Assembly: GCA_964559455.1 (NCBI GenBank)
Contig: CAZLHO010000007.1
Span: 14,636 to 78,635, forward strand
Length of the DNA stretch: 64,000 bases
Reading direction: 5' to 3'
Source of the DNA: an uncultured Fibrobacteraceae bacterium
GTDB lineage: Bacteria > Krumholzibacteriota > Krumholzibacteriia > LZORAL124-64-63
Under the pieces are notes generated by a model. That model was not told where the DNA came from. It saw only the letters and a program-made list of their open reading frames with translations, and did no database searches. Of this stretch, positions 1 through 9,096 are shown one piece after another. Position 1 is the stretch's first letter. Every line of letters starts with the position of its first letter. A program made the position numbers and the translations under genes.

Positions 1-53
1 ACGGCGACGGCGACCAGGGCCAGAGCGAAGAGCAGACCTTTCCAATTCTTCAT
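1..53 (-). CDS. N-terminus (signal peptide) of a secreted protein or lipoprotein whose body lies upstream of the window (partial)
   Basis: The reverse complement of 1-53 reads ATG AAG AAT TGG AAA GGT CTG CTC TTC GCT CTG GCC CTG GTC GCC GTC = MKNWKGLLFALALVAV, a Sec-type signal peptide. The rest of the gene is outside the window. Confidence 0.3.
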   Translation of the reverse strand, partial: MKNWKGLLFALALVAVA

Positions 54-429
54 AGCTGCAATCCTTCCGTGTCTGTGCCCCCTCGGGGGCATTCCTCGAT
101 GGGCCCTCCATGGCCTAGGCCGGGCCGCTCCGAATTCATCCGTCCCTTCGGCAATCTCCATGCCCCCCTTGAGAGAATTCCTCGCCGCGTCCCACGAAAC
201 GGCCCGAGACGGCCCCCGGTCGATCCTTCGCCTCTGATCGGGGAGTCCAAGACGTTTGATTACAGTGCCTTATGCTGACGAAGCCCGGGCGGGCCAATCC
301 CTCTGATTCGAGGGCTGAAAGGGCCTCGCAATGCCCGGGAATGCCCCAGGAGGGCGCGGGGCTTCCTGGGATGGCGGGCATTTCGCGGCCATCCGTTCCG
401 GGGATCGGGCAAAAAATCTGCCGGATGGG

Positions 430-1284
430 TCAGAGAATGTAGAGATCGAGCAGTACCCCGCCCAGGACGGCCGTGCCCGCCCAGGAGTTCAGGGTGAAGA
501 AGGCCATGTCGATGCGGCGCAGGTTCCCGCCCGCCACCACCCGGTGCTCCAGCGCCAACAGCAGGGCCATGACGGCCACCCCGGCCAGGGCGCCGGCTCC
601 CAGGCCGGGAGCGGCGCGCACGGCGACGGCGAGGGTCAGCACGGCCAGGACGTGGAATGCCCGCGCCAGGCGCAGGGCGCCGGTCACGCCGAAGCGGGCG
701 GCCGGAGAATGGAGGCCGCTGCGACGATCGAATTCCTCGTCCTGACAGCCGTAGATGGTGTCGAAGCCCGCCACCCAGAAGAGCACGCCGGCGGCGATCA
801 GCAGCGGGAAGGGGGCGAAGGCGCCGGTGACCGCCAACCAGGCGCCCACCGGGGCGATGGCGAGGCCCAGCCCCAGGAAGAGGGGCGACCAGGAGGTGAA
901 GCGCTTCGTGGCCGAGTAGAAGAAGACCGCGGCCAGGGCCGCGGGCGACAGGGCGAAGCAGAGGTCGTTCAGGCGCCAGGCCGCGGCGACGAAGACGGCG
1001 GCGGCCAGGGCCGTGAACGCGATGCTGCCAGGCAGGCCGACCCGGCCGGCGGGCAGATGGCGGTCGGCCGTGCGGGGATTGCGGGCGTCGAGATCGCGGT
1101 CGAGGATCCGGTTGAAGGCCATCGCCGCGCTGCGCGCGCCGACCATCGCCACGACGACCCAGAGCAGCACCCCTGCCGGCGGGCGTCCGCCCGAGGCCGT
1201 GAGCAGGCCCACCAGGGCGAAGGGCATGGCGAAGAGGGTGTGCTCGATCTTGACGAACTCCAGGTAGCGCCCGATCGGGGTCAT
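430..1284 (-). CDS. ubiA: UbiA-family aromatic prenyltransferase (4-hydroxybenzoate polyprenyltransferase / MqnP-like)
   Basis: 284 aa polytopic membrane protein with the UbiA motif NRILDRDLDARNPRTADR (NDxxDxxxD). Its start overlaps the UbiX stop by 4 nt. Confidence 0.8.
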   Translation of the reverse strand: MTPIGRYLEFVKIEHTLFAMPFALVGLLTASGGRPPAGVLLWVVVAMVGARSAAMAFNRILDRDLDARNPRTADRHLPAGRVGLPGSIAFTALAAAVFVAAAWRLNDLCFALSPAALAAVFFYSATKRFTSWSPLFLGLGLAIAPVGAWLAVTGAFAPFPLLIAAGVLFWVAGFDTIYGCQDEEFDRRSGLHSPAARFGVTGALRLARAFHVLAVLTLAVAVRAAPGLGAGALAGVAVMALLLALEHRVVAGGNLRRIDMAFFTLNSWAGTAVLGGVLLDLYIL

Positions 1285-1904
1285 CGATCGCTCCCCCAGC
1301 GGCCGGTCAGGTCCGCCGGCACTTCGAGCCGGTCGCAGATCCGCTGCACGACGAAGTCGACCAGGTCCTCGACGCTCCGGGGCCGGTGGTAGAAGCCCGG
1401 CATCGCGGGCAGGATCAGCGCCCCGAGGCGGCTGAGCCGGGCCAGGTTCTCCAGATGGTGCGTCGCCAGGGGCGTCTCGCGCGGCACCAGGATCAGCGGG
1501 CGGCGCTCCTTCAGGCAGACGTCGGCGGCGCGCAGGGTCAGGGTCTCGCTGGTGCCGGCGGCGATGCGGGCGGCCGTGCCCATCGAGCAGGGACAGACCA
1601 CCATGCCGGCGACCGGCGACGAGCCGCTGGCGAAGGCGGCGCCGAAGTCGTCCCGGGCGTACTCGCGCAGCGCGGCCCCCGAGGCGGCGGCCACCCCCTC
1701 GAGCCGGGCGATCAGGTCGGCCGGCGCGGCGTCGAGTTCCGCCGCGGCCGTCTGGGCCACCGCAGCCGACCGCAGCAGGTGCACGTCGCGGCCCGCGCCC
1801 AGCAGGACCTCGACCAGACGCACGCCGTAGGCCAGGCCGCTGGCCCCGGTCCAGGCCACGGTCACGGCGGGACCCCGGGTCCCCGTCGTCTCGGTTCGTG
1901 CCAT
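1281..1904 (-). CDS. ubiX: Flavin prenyltransferase UbiX (prenyl-FMN synthase for UbiD)
   Basis: VAWTGASGLAYGVRLVEVLL ... MVVCPCSMGT ... ILVPRETPL are UbiX/Pad1 flavoprotein signatures. Start chosen at MARTETTG (ATG complement at 1902-1904). The track ORF 1281..2030 is N-terminally over-extended. Confidence 0.8.
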   Translation of the reverse strand: MARTETTGTRGPAVTVAWTGASGLAYGVRLVEVLLGAGRDVHLLRSAAVAQTAAAELDAAPADLIARLEGVAAASGAALREYARDDFGAAFASGSSPVAGMVVCPCSMGTAARIAAGTSETLTLRAADVCLKERRPLILVPRETPLATHHLENLARLSRLGALILPAMPGFYHRPRSVEDLVDFVVQRICDRLEVPADLTGRWGSDR

Positions 1905-1929
1905 CCCCGCTCCTTTCCGACCGTCCCGG

Positions 1930-2691
1930 CTAGCAGCCGGGCAGCCGTCCTCCCACGATATGGGCGATGCCCAGGGTCTGCCGCTCCACGAAGACCTCGC
2001 CGAAACCCGCCTGCTCGAGTTGCGCCGCATATTCCCGCGGCGTCAGGAAGCGCCCCATGCTGTCGTTGAGGTAGGCGTAGGCGTCGCGGTCGCGCCCCAG
2101 CAGCCGGCCCAGCAGCGGCAGCGACGCGGCCAAGCCCATGCGGACCGGCGCGGCGGCGCCCCGCTCCGGACCCGCGCCGCCGGTGTCGGCGCGGAAGAAC
2201 TCCAGGGTCAGGAACTGCCCTCCCGGCCGCAGGACGCGCCGCACCTCGGCGAGACCGCGCGGCAGGTCGGCCAGGTTGCGCATGCCGAAGCCAGCCACGA
2301 CGGCGTCGCAGCAGGCGTCGCGCAGCGGCAGGGCCAGCGTGTCGCCGGCGGCCGCGGGCACGCTCCGGCCCAGGCCCTTGCCTCGCCCGGCGTGGAGCAT
2401 GTCCGCGCAGAAATCCACGGCGAAGGCCTCGCGGGCGCGGCCGTCCTCGAGACAGGCCAGCCCCAGGTCGCCGGTGCCGGCGCAGACGTCCACCAGCTCC
2501 CAGGTCGTCGGATCCAGGCGGCGCGCGACGTTGCGGCGCCAGCGACGATCACGGTTCAGGCTCAGGGCGTGGTTCATGAAATCGTAGACGCGCGCGATGC
2601 GGGCGAACATCCGCCGCACCGACGCCGCGTGCGCCTTCGGATCGCTGACGACCGGCGCTCCCGGCCGGCGGGCGCTGGGGTCGGCGCTCAC
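1930..2691 (-). CDS. ubiE: UbiE/MenG-type C-methyltransferase (demethylmenaquinone / ubiquinone methyltransferase)
   Basis: MFARIARVYDFMNHALS...VDVCAGTGDLG...LRPGGQFLTLEF is the class I SAM-MTase UbiE signature. A GTG start at 2689-2691 forms a GTGA overlap with the UbiD stop. The alternative start is ATG 2608-2610 (MFARIA). The track ORF extends antisense into ubiD. Confidence 0.7.
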   Translation of the reverse strand: MSADPSARRPGAPVVSDPKAHAASVRRMFARIARVYDFMNHALSLNRDRRWRRNVARRLDPTTWELVDVCAGTGDLGLACLEDGRAREAFAVDFCADMLHAGRGKGLGRSVPAAAGDTLALPLRDACCDAVVAGFGMRNLADLPRGLAEVRRVLRPGGQFLTLEFFRADTGGAGPERGAAAPVRMGLAASLPLLGRLLGRDRDAYAYLNDSMGRFLTPREYAAQLEQAGFGEVFVERQTLGIAHIVGGRLPGC

Positions 2692-4235
2692 CGCCCCGCC
2701 TCCAGGCGGGACAGCAGGCCGGACCACTTGCGGGCCACCGCCTCGCGGACCGCGGGGGTCATCGCCACCACGGGCGGCCACTCGCGCTCGAAGCCGGCCT
2801 CGCCGGGCCACTTGCGCGTGGCGTCGATCCCCATCTTGCCGCCCAGGCAGGCGATGTTCGTCGCGTGATCCAGCTGGTCGACCGGGCCTTCCACGAAGAA
2901 GACGTCGCGGGCGGGGTCGATGCTGTTGGTGATCCGCCAGAGAAGGTTGTCGGCGTCGGCCAGGTCGGCGTCCTCGTCGACGACGACGATCGTCTTGCAG
3001 GTCATCATCTGGCCCATGCCCCACAGCGCGTGGCAGATCTTGCGCGCGTGGCCCGGGAAGGCCTTGCGGATCTGCACCACGGCCAGGTTGTGGAAGCAGG
3101 CCGCCACCGGCAGGTGGTAGTCGACGATCTCGGGCTGGACCCTCTGCAGCATGGGCAGGAAGAGGCGTTCGGTGGCCCAGCCCAGAACGCCGTCCTCCAT
3201 GGGCGGCACGCCGACGATGGTCGTCAGGTAGACGGGGTCGCGGCGGCTGGTGATCGCGGTCACGTGCAGGACGGGGAAGTCGTCCGCCAGCGAGTAGAAG
3301 CCGGTGTGGTCGCCGAAGGGGCCCTCGCGCCGGCGCTCGCCGGGTTCGACGTAGCCCTCGATCACGAAATCGGCCTCGGCGGGCACCAGCAGGTCCTGGG
3401 TCAGCGCCTTCGTCCAGGACACGGGTCGGCCCTGCAGGAATCCGGCGAAGAGCGACTCGTCGATGTCGTCGGGCAGCGGCGCGGTGGCGGCGTAGGTCAG
3501 GGCCGGCGGACCACCGATGGCCACGGCCACGGGCATGCGCTCGCCCCGCTGCTCCCAGGCCCGGTGGTGCGCGGTGCCGGTCTTATGCACCTGCCAGTGC
3601 ATGCCGGTGGTCCGGCCGTCGTAGACCTGCATCCGGTACATGCCGATGTTGCGCCTGCCGGTCTCGGGGTGGCGCGTGATCACCAGGGGCAGCGTGATGT
3701 AGGGACCGCCGTCCTCGGGCCAGGTCGTCAGCACGGGCATCATGTCCAGCAGGCCGCGCCGCTCGAGATCGTCGCCCCGGACCACGACCTCCTGGCAAGG
3801 CCCCCCGGCGACGGTCTTCGGCGTCGCGGCGCCGCCCCACTCCTTCAGACGGCCGAGCAGGCGGATCTTCTCCCAGAGCCCCTCGGGGGGCGCCGACTCC
3901 AGCGGTTCCCGGACGCGCGCGACGGCCTCGTCCAGGTCCTCGACGCCCAGGGCCCAGGCCATGCGCCGCCGCGAGGCGAAGAGATTGATCAGCAGGGGGA
4001 CGGGCCGGCCGTCGGCGCGTTTGGCGGCGGTTGTCAAGCCGGCCGCCATACTGTAGTCTGCCGGTAGGGGATTCTCGAAGAGCAACGCCGGAAACTCGCC
4101 TTTCTTGACGAAGCGGTCGGCGATCTCGGTCACCTCGAGGCAGGGATCGACGGGATCGACGACCCGGATCAACTCGCCCCTTTCCTCCAGGAACGGGATC
4201 AGGGCCTGAAGCGTGCCGTTCGGTATCGCGGCCAT
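2688..4235 (-). CDS. ubiD: UbiD-family (prenyl-FMN dependent) decarboxylase, 3-octaprenyl-4-hydroxybenzoate carboxy-lyase / MqnL-like
   Basis: 515 aa with a full-length match to the UbiD family (MAAIPNGTLQALIPFLEERGELIRV ... GPYITLPLVITRHPETGRRNIGMYRMQV). Confidence 0.85.
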   Translation of the reverse strand: MAAIPNGTLQALIPFLEERGELIRVVDPVDPCLEVTEIADRFVKKGEFPALLFENPLPADYSMAAGLTTAAKRADGRPVPLLINLFASRRRMAWALGVEDLDEAVARVREPLESAPPEGLWEKIRLLGRLKEWGGAATPKTVAGGPCQEVVVRGDDLERRGLLDMMPVLTTWPEDGGPYITLPLVITRHPETGRRNIGMYRMQVYDGRTTGMHWQVHKTGTAHHRAWEQRGERMPVAVAIGGPPALTYAATAPLPDDIDESLFAGFLQGRPVSWTKALTQDLLVPAEADFVIEGYVEPGERRREGPFGDHTGFYSLADDFPVLHVTAITSRRDPVYLTTIVGVPPMEDGVLGWATERLFLPMLQRVQPEIVDYHLPVAACFHNLAVVQIRKAFPGHARKICHALWGMGQMMTCKTIVVVDEDADLADADNLLWRITNSIDPARDVFFVEGPVDQLDHATNIACLGGKMGIDATRKWPGEAGFEREWPPVVAMTPAVREAVARKWSGLLSRLEAGR

Positions 4236-4398
4236 GGCATGGGGACCTTCCTGAAGCGTGCGGGCACAGGTTCCGCCCGGCGGCGGAAGCGGCAGGGCGG
4301 AGTCAAGTTAGCAGAGCCTCTGCGGGGGGGCAAGACGGCGTGCCCGCGCCGGCTAAAGTTGCGGCGAGCAGCTGCGCGAGAGTCGGGGTGCAACGATT

Positions 4399-5067
4399 TT
4401 GAGCGACCGTGATTATACTCCGGGGACGGGAGGCCTCGGGGACGGTGACGGCGATCCGTCGCGCGGCCCCGTGCGCGGCGATGCGGCGTCATCCTTCCCG
4501 GTCGACGAGGCCTCCATCGAGAAGCGCTGGTTCCTGCTGGCCCGCGTCGATCACGAGAAGTTCGACTACTTCTACGACAAGTATTACGACCGCATCTTCC
4601 GGTACATCTTCCATCGGACCCGTGATCGGGACCTCGCCGAGGAGTTGACCAGCGAGACCTTCTTCCGGGCGTTGCGCGCCCTGTGGAAGTTCCGCTGGCA
4701 GGGCATCACCTTCGCGGCCTGGCTGTACCGCATCGCGATCAACGTCGTGAACCGGCACTACCAGTGGGCGGCGCGCCGCCGCGAACGGCCCCTGAACCCG
4801 CCCGACCGCGAATTCGAAGCGGGCCTGATGCGCGACCCCGCGGACGACCCGTATGAACTGCTGGAGAACGCCGAGGAGCAGGAGCGGCTGCTGGAATGTC
4901 TGGGTCGGCTGGATCTGGACAGTCAGAACATCCTGGCCCTCCGGTACTTCGAAGGCCTGAAGGTCCGCGAGATCGCCGTGATCACCGACACGCCCGAGGG
5001 CACGGTCAAGGCCCGCATCAGCCGATCGCTCTGCAAGCTGCGATCGATCCTGGAGGAAACGGCGTGA
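4399..5067 (+). CDS. RNA polymerase ECF-type sigma-70 factor
   Basis: Region 2 is FYDKYYDRIFRYIFHRTRDRDLAEELTSETFF. Region 4 HTH is LRYFEGLKVREIAVITDTPEGTVKARISRSLCKLR. The N-terminal 50 aa are Gly/Asp-rich, so the true start may be internal. Confidence 0.75.
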   Translation: MSDRDYTPGTGGLGDGDGDPSRGPVRGDAASSFPVDEASIEKRWFLLARVDHEKFDYFYDKYYDRIFRYIFHRTRDRDLAEELTSETFFRALRALWKFRWQGITFAAWLYRIAINVVNRHYQWAARRRERPLNPPDREFEAGLMRDPADDPYELLENAEEQERLLECLGRLDLDSQNILALRYFEGLKVREIAVITDTPEGTVKARISRSLCKLRSILEETA

Positions 5068-5363
5068 AGGGGCGGGAAGAAGAGCCGGCCGTGTGCGCGG
5101 AGCTCGAGTCCAAGCTGCAAACGCTCGCCTCCCCCGTGCGCGGGAAGCCCACGCACCGGCAGCGCCTGCACGACGCCCTGCGCCGGGGGGCCTCGCTCCT
5201 GGAGCGACGACGCCCGCGCCTGCGCTGGGTGCTGCTCGTCGTCGCCGCGATGCTGATCCTGGCCTCGCTGGCCGTGGCGACGCGGCACGGCGACCCCGCC
5301 CCGGGGCGCTCCTCGCCCCCGGACCAGACCCTTGGCGACGCCTCGGCCACCACCGAGGTCTGA
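5064..5363 (+). CDS. Putative single-pass membrane anti-sigma factor
   Basis: A GTG at 5064 overlaps the sigma factor TGA (GTGA). The ~99 aa product has a short cytoplasmic part, a TM helix LRWVLLVVAAMLILASLAVA, and a periplasmic tail. The position directly after the ECF sigma is typical. Confidence 0.45.
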   Translation: MKGREEEPAVCAELESKLQTLASPVRGKPTHRQRLHDALRRGASLLERRRPRLRWVLLVVAAMLILASLAVATRHGDPAPGRSSPPDQTLGDASATTEV

Positions 5364-5755
5364 CTCCGCCTTCGGATCGTTTCCGCCCTAAGCCCCTTGT
5401 TTCCAGGGACTCATAAATATGACTCTTCTGGGCGATTATTGGAGTCCGGGCTCCGGGCTGGGAAAAGATCGTCCCCGATGCAACGAAACCAGAACTCGTT
5501 GATTGTATCGTAGTGGAATAGCTCCATTGCGGGGGTTGGGAGCTTGGATGCAGGTGATTCCCCGACCATGGGTCGCAACCAGCCTGCATCGGATTCATGC
5601 CGGGAATCGCGATTCACGAGTGTTCAACGGGCGAGGAACACTCTGCGGTTCCCGGCTCTATCCATCCGGCGCCGGAATCCCGGCGCGAAGCGAAGGGCCC
5701 GGCCGTTTCCGGCCGGGCCCCTTTACGTCTCGAATCTTCGCGGGTGACGACGGGC

Positions 5756-6460
5756 TCAGGCCGCGGGCACGCGGATCCCCAGCCTGGCCGGCACTTCGTC
5801 GCGCCTCACGGCCACGACCTCGACCACCCCGTGGCGATGCGCCTCGCCGTCGCCGTGGCGATGCCGGGGGCCCAGGCCCTCGTGATGGTGGACGATCTCC
5901 CAGCCCGGCAGCAGGTTCGTGATCTCGTGCCGCGCCAAGTAGGTCCGGAACTGGCCGTCGGCGCTGCGGAAGCTGTGCAGGCCGACCCGGGTCCACTCCT
6001 CGCTCACGAACTCGTAGAGCGGATCGTCGACGTGCCAGGCGGTGAGCATCAGCACCGAGCCGGGCGCGCTCCAGGTGTAGAAGCGGTGGAGCAGGCTCGC
6101 GCACTGGGTCCGCGACAGCGTCGGCATCAGGCCGAAGGCCAGGATGGCGTCGAAGGGCAAGCGGCCCGGCGTGTATTCGAAGATGTCCCCCCGCCAGAGC
6201 CTCTCGATCTTCCCGGCGCCGGACTGTCCGAGATCGCCGGCTCCCTCGCGCACCTGGTCCAGGGCCACGCCCGACGCGTCGATGCCGGTCAGGCGGTAGC
6301 CGAGCCGGGCCAGCGGCAGGGCGTTCCGACCCTGTCCGACGCCGAGGTCCAGCACCCGGCCCCCGGGACGGATGCGGCCGGCGAAGCGCACCAACGGACC
6401 GTCGGGCTGATCGCCGAAGTATTGCGGTTCGCGAGCGTAGATCTGGTCGTAGTCGTTCAT
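5756..6460 (-). CDS. Class I SAM-dependent methyltransferase
   Basis: VLDLGVGQGRNALPLARLGYRLTGIDAS is the MTase motif I. Start at MNDYDQIY (ATG complement at 6458-6460). The ORF-track start is over-extended. Confidence 0.7.
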   Translation of the reverse strand: MNDYDQIYAREPQYFGDQPDGPLVRFAGRIRPGGRVLDLGVGQGRNALPLARLGYRLTGIDASGVALDQVREGAGDLGQSGAGKIERLWRGDIFEYTPGRLPFDAILAFGLMPTLSRTQCASLLHRFYTWSAPGSVLMLTAWHVDDPLYEFVSEEWTRVGLHSFRSADGQFRTYLARHEITNLLPGWEIVHHHEGLGPRHRHGDGEAHRHGVVEVVAVRRDEVPARLGIRVPAA

Positions 6461-6649
6461 GCCTCGCTCCGGACGCTGCGGCGCACGCCGTTGAGATACT
6501 GCCTGTCTTCCTGGATGTCTCGGCATTCCGCCGCCCGGCTTTAGCCCGGATCATTCTTGAAGGAGCTGCTGTGGGCGGTGAAAAGCCTCCCGCCTTCCGG
6601 TCGTAGCAGAATCAGGGCCAAAAGCGCCGGACGGTCCGTCGTTCCGGGC

Positions 6650-7417
6650 TCAGTCCCCGCTCAGGAGGTCCCCCAGCAGGCCGCGCTTGCCCATCAGGCC
6701 TCCGACGCCGCGGTGCTCGCCCTTGTTGCGGCCCACGGCGCTGGAGATGCGGTCGGCCAGGCGGCTGAAGGGAAGGGTCTGCAGCCATACCCTGCCCGGG
6801 CCGGTCAGGGTGGCCAGGAAAAGGCCCTCGCCGCCGAAGAGGGCGTTCTTGAACCCGCCGACGAAGCCGATGTCGTAATCCACCGTGGGCTGGAAGGCCA
6901 CCAGGCAGCCCGTGTCCACGCGTAGGGTCTCGCCCGGGGCCAGGTCGCGCTGGATGATGGCGCCGCCGGCGTGGCAGAAGACCTGGCCGTCCCCGACCAG
7001 GTTCTGCAGAATGAAACCCTCGCCGCCGAAGAGCCCGGCGCCGAGGCGCTTGGTGAAGGCCACGCTGATCTCGATGCCGTAGGCGCAGCAGAGGAAGGCG
7101 TCCTTCTGACAGAGCAGGCCGCCGCCCAGGGGCCCGAGCTCCAGGGCCAGGATCTTGCCGGGATAGGGCGCGGCGAAGGCGACGTGCGACTTGCCGGAAC
7201 CGCCGTGGCGGAAGGTCGTGATGAAGAAGCTCTCGCCCGTCAGGACGCGCTGGAGTCCCTTGAAGACGCCGCCGCCGGTGCCGGTGCTCATCTCGATGCC
7301 GGGCTCCATGAAGAGCATGGCTCCGGCCTCGGCCTGGACGGCCTCCTGCGGATCCAGTTCCACGATCACGCCCTGAAGGTCGTCGCCCACGATCTCGTAG
7401 TCGATCCTGTCTGCCAT
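6650..7417 (-). CDS. TIGR00266 / AIM24-family protein (DUF124)
   Basis: 255 aa Gly-rich all-beta protein ([23 protein letters not shown] ... [16 protein letters not shown]) typical of the AIM24/TIGR00266 family. Confidence 0.65.
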   Translation of the reverse strand: MADRIDYEIVGDDLQGVIVELDPQEAVQAEAGAMLFMEPGIEMSTGTGGGVFKGLQRVLTGESFFITTFRHGGSGKSHVAFAAPYPGKILALELGPLGGGLLCQKDAFLCCAYGIEISVAFTKRLGAGLFGGEGFILQNLVGDGQVFCHAGGAIIQRDLAPGETLRVDTGCLVAFQPTVDYDIGFVGGFKNALFGGEGLFLATLTGPGRVWLQTLPFSRLADRISSAVGRNKGEHRGVGGLMGKRGLLGDLLSGD

Positions 7418-7420
7418 TTC

Positions 7421-9013
7421 CTACTCCCTCCCCGCCGCGTCGGCGGTGTCGATTTCGATGATGCGTCCCTCGATGCGGGCGTCGATCTCGCCCGCCGCGG
7501 CCACGGCCCGCAGGACGGCCTCGGTGACGGTCACGCCGGCGTCCTCCGGGGCGGGCGTCAGGCCCCCCAGGTAGACGTCGGCCTTCTGGGCCACGAAGTC
7601 CGGGCAGGCCACGGTATAGACGCGCCCGGGCTCCAGGGGTTGCCCGCCGACGGTGACGGATTCGAGCACGGCCTCGTCCCCCTCGCGACGGAAGCGGTAG
7701 GCCAGGCCCGAGACCTGCAGGATCCCGTGTCGCCCGCCGACGGCCGCCCGCGCGTTCTCGCCGGCCACGTCGCGCAGCTCGTCGCCCGTCAGGGCGAAGC
7801 GGACCACGGTGTTCCCGAAGGGCAGCAGGCGATGCACGTCCAGGGCGGTAACCGGTCCGGCCTGCAGGTTGCGGCGGATCGTGCCCGAGTTGATCAGACC
7901 GACGTCGGCGCCCGCCGCGTCGCGCATCACGTCCGCCAGCCAATTCCCGACGTTGCTTTCGTCGCGGCTGTCGCGGCGCCAGTCCCGGACCAGCCGGCCG
8001 ATCTCGCCGCCGAACTCCGCCGTCACGCGCTCCCGGCAGTCGTCGATCAGCGACTTCAAGGCGGGCGGCCCCTCGCGGCCCTCCGCCATCAGCGTGATCA
8101 GGCGGCCGCGGTAGGAGACGATGCGGTCGTCCGCCACCGCCAGGTCCAGGCGGCCCAGGCTCGTCAGATTGGATCCGGCCTGCACGACCAGGATGTCCCC
8201 GATCGCCAGCGGTTCGCGCAGCCGCGTGTGGGAATGGGCGCCCACGATCAGGTCGACGCCCGATCCGGCCAGCCGGCGGGCGAGCAGCGTGTCGCCCTGG
8301 ACGCCGTTGTGCGTGAGCAGGACCAGCAGGTCGGTGCCGGGATCGAGCCAGGCCGCCTGCCGCCGGACGAGACGGGCCTGGTCGAGCAGGGTCAGGCCGG
8401 CGGTGCGCACGTCGGCGGTCACGGCGAAGAGATCCTCGCAGGAGACGCCGATCACCCCCACGCGCAGCCCGCCGCGCTCCAGCACGACGGGGCCGGCGGC
8501 GAACTCGGGCTCGCCGCTCTCGTCCAGGATATCCGCCGCGAGCACGGGGAAGCGCGCCCGGGCCGCCAGGGCCCGGGCGTTGGCCCGCCCGTTGTCGAAC
8601 TCGTGGTTGCCGATCAGGCCGACGTCGTAGCCCACCAGGTTCATCATGTCGACGAGGGCGGCGCCGCGCACCCCGTCGATCGCCAGGTCGCAGACGGGGT
8701 CGCCGGTCATGAAATCGCCGCCGTCCAGCAGCAGCGAAGCCGCGGCGTCGCGTCGCTCGTCGGCCAGTTGTTCGGCCAGCGCCGCGAAGCCGCCCACCGG
8801 GGCGCGGTCGTCGCGCCAGGTCGCGGGCTGCGGCAGGTACGCCGCGTGGATGTCGTTGGTGTGGAAGACCGTCAGGTTCCAGGGACCGTCGCCGGGCGCG
8901 GGCGTCGGAGCGGCCGCGGCCGCGGCGGCCGGCGCGAGCAGGGCGGCGGCCAGACAGAGAAGCAGCGAGGATGCGGCGAGGGCCGGGCGCGGAGCGATTC
9001 GAAGGACGGACAT
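7421..9013 (-). CDS. Secreted bifunctional metallophosphatase / 5'-nucleotidase (UshA-like)
   Basis: Signal peptide MSVLRIAPRPALAASSLLLCLAAALLAPAAAAA. Calcineurin-like motifs are FHTNDIHA, DGGDFMTGD and GNHEFD. The C-terminal 5'-nucleotidase domain is present. A GGAGGA RBS lies 5 nt before the ATG (complement at 9011-9013). The track ORF is over-extended to 9682. Confidence 0.8.
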   Translation of the reverse strand: MSVLRIAPRPALAASSLLLCLAAALLAPAAAAAAAPTPAPGDGPWNLTVFHTNDIHAAYLPQPATWRDDRAPVGGFAALAEQLADERRDAAASLLLDGGDFMTGDPVCDLAIDGVRGAALVDMMNLVGYDVGLIGNHEFDNGRANARALAARARFPVLAADILDESGEPEFAAGPVVLERGGLRVGVIGVSCEDLFAVTADVRTAGLTLLDQARLVRRQAAWLDPGTDLLVLLTHNGVQGDTLLARRLAGSGVDLIVGAHSHTRLREPLAIGDILVVQAGSNLTSLGRLDLAVADDRIVSYRGRLITLMAEGREGPPALKSLIDDCRERVTAEFGGEIGRLVRDWRRDSRDESNVGNWLADVMRDAAGADVGLINSGTIRRNLQAGPVTALDVHRLLPFGNTVVRFALTGDELRDVAGENARAAVGGRHGILQVSGLAYRFRREGDEAVLESVTVGGQPLEPGRVYTVACPDFVAQKADVYLGGLTPAPEDAGVTVTEAVLRAVAAAGEIDARIEGRIIEIDTADAAGRE

Positions 9014-9096
9014 GGTTCCTCCCGGAAGGGGCGGCGGACTCGGCCGGGGCCGGAGAAGATTAGACGCCGGCGGCCCCCGGGGCAAGCACCTCCGGC

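Noticed and set aside
331-1392. 353 aa plus-strand ORF rich in G/A/R/E/Q
   Set aside because: It lies fully antisense to the UbiA/UbiX genes. The translation is low-complexity with no family signal. This is a high-GC artefact.
2865-4067. 400 aa plus-strand ORF
   Set aside because: It is antisense to the well-supported ubiD gene. The Gly/Val/Ala-rich translation is typical of the mirror frame in high-GC DNA.
6612-7943. 443 aa minus-strand ORF (Arg/Gly/Pro-rich)
   Set aside because: It overlaps the AIM24-family and 5'-nucleotidase genes in other frames. Extreme RGRPG low complexity and no start context.
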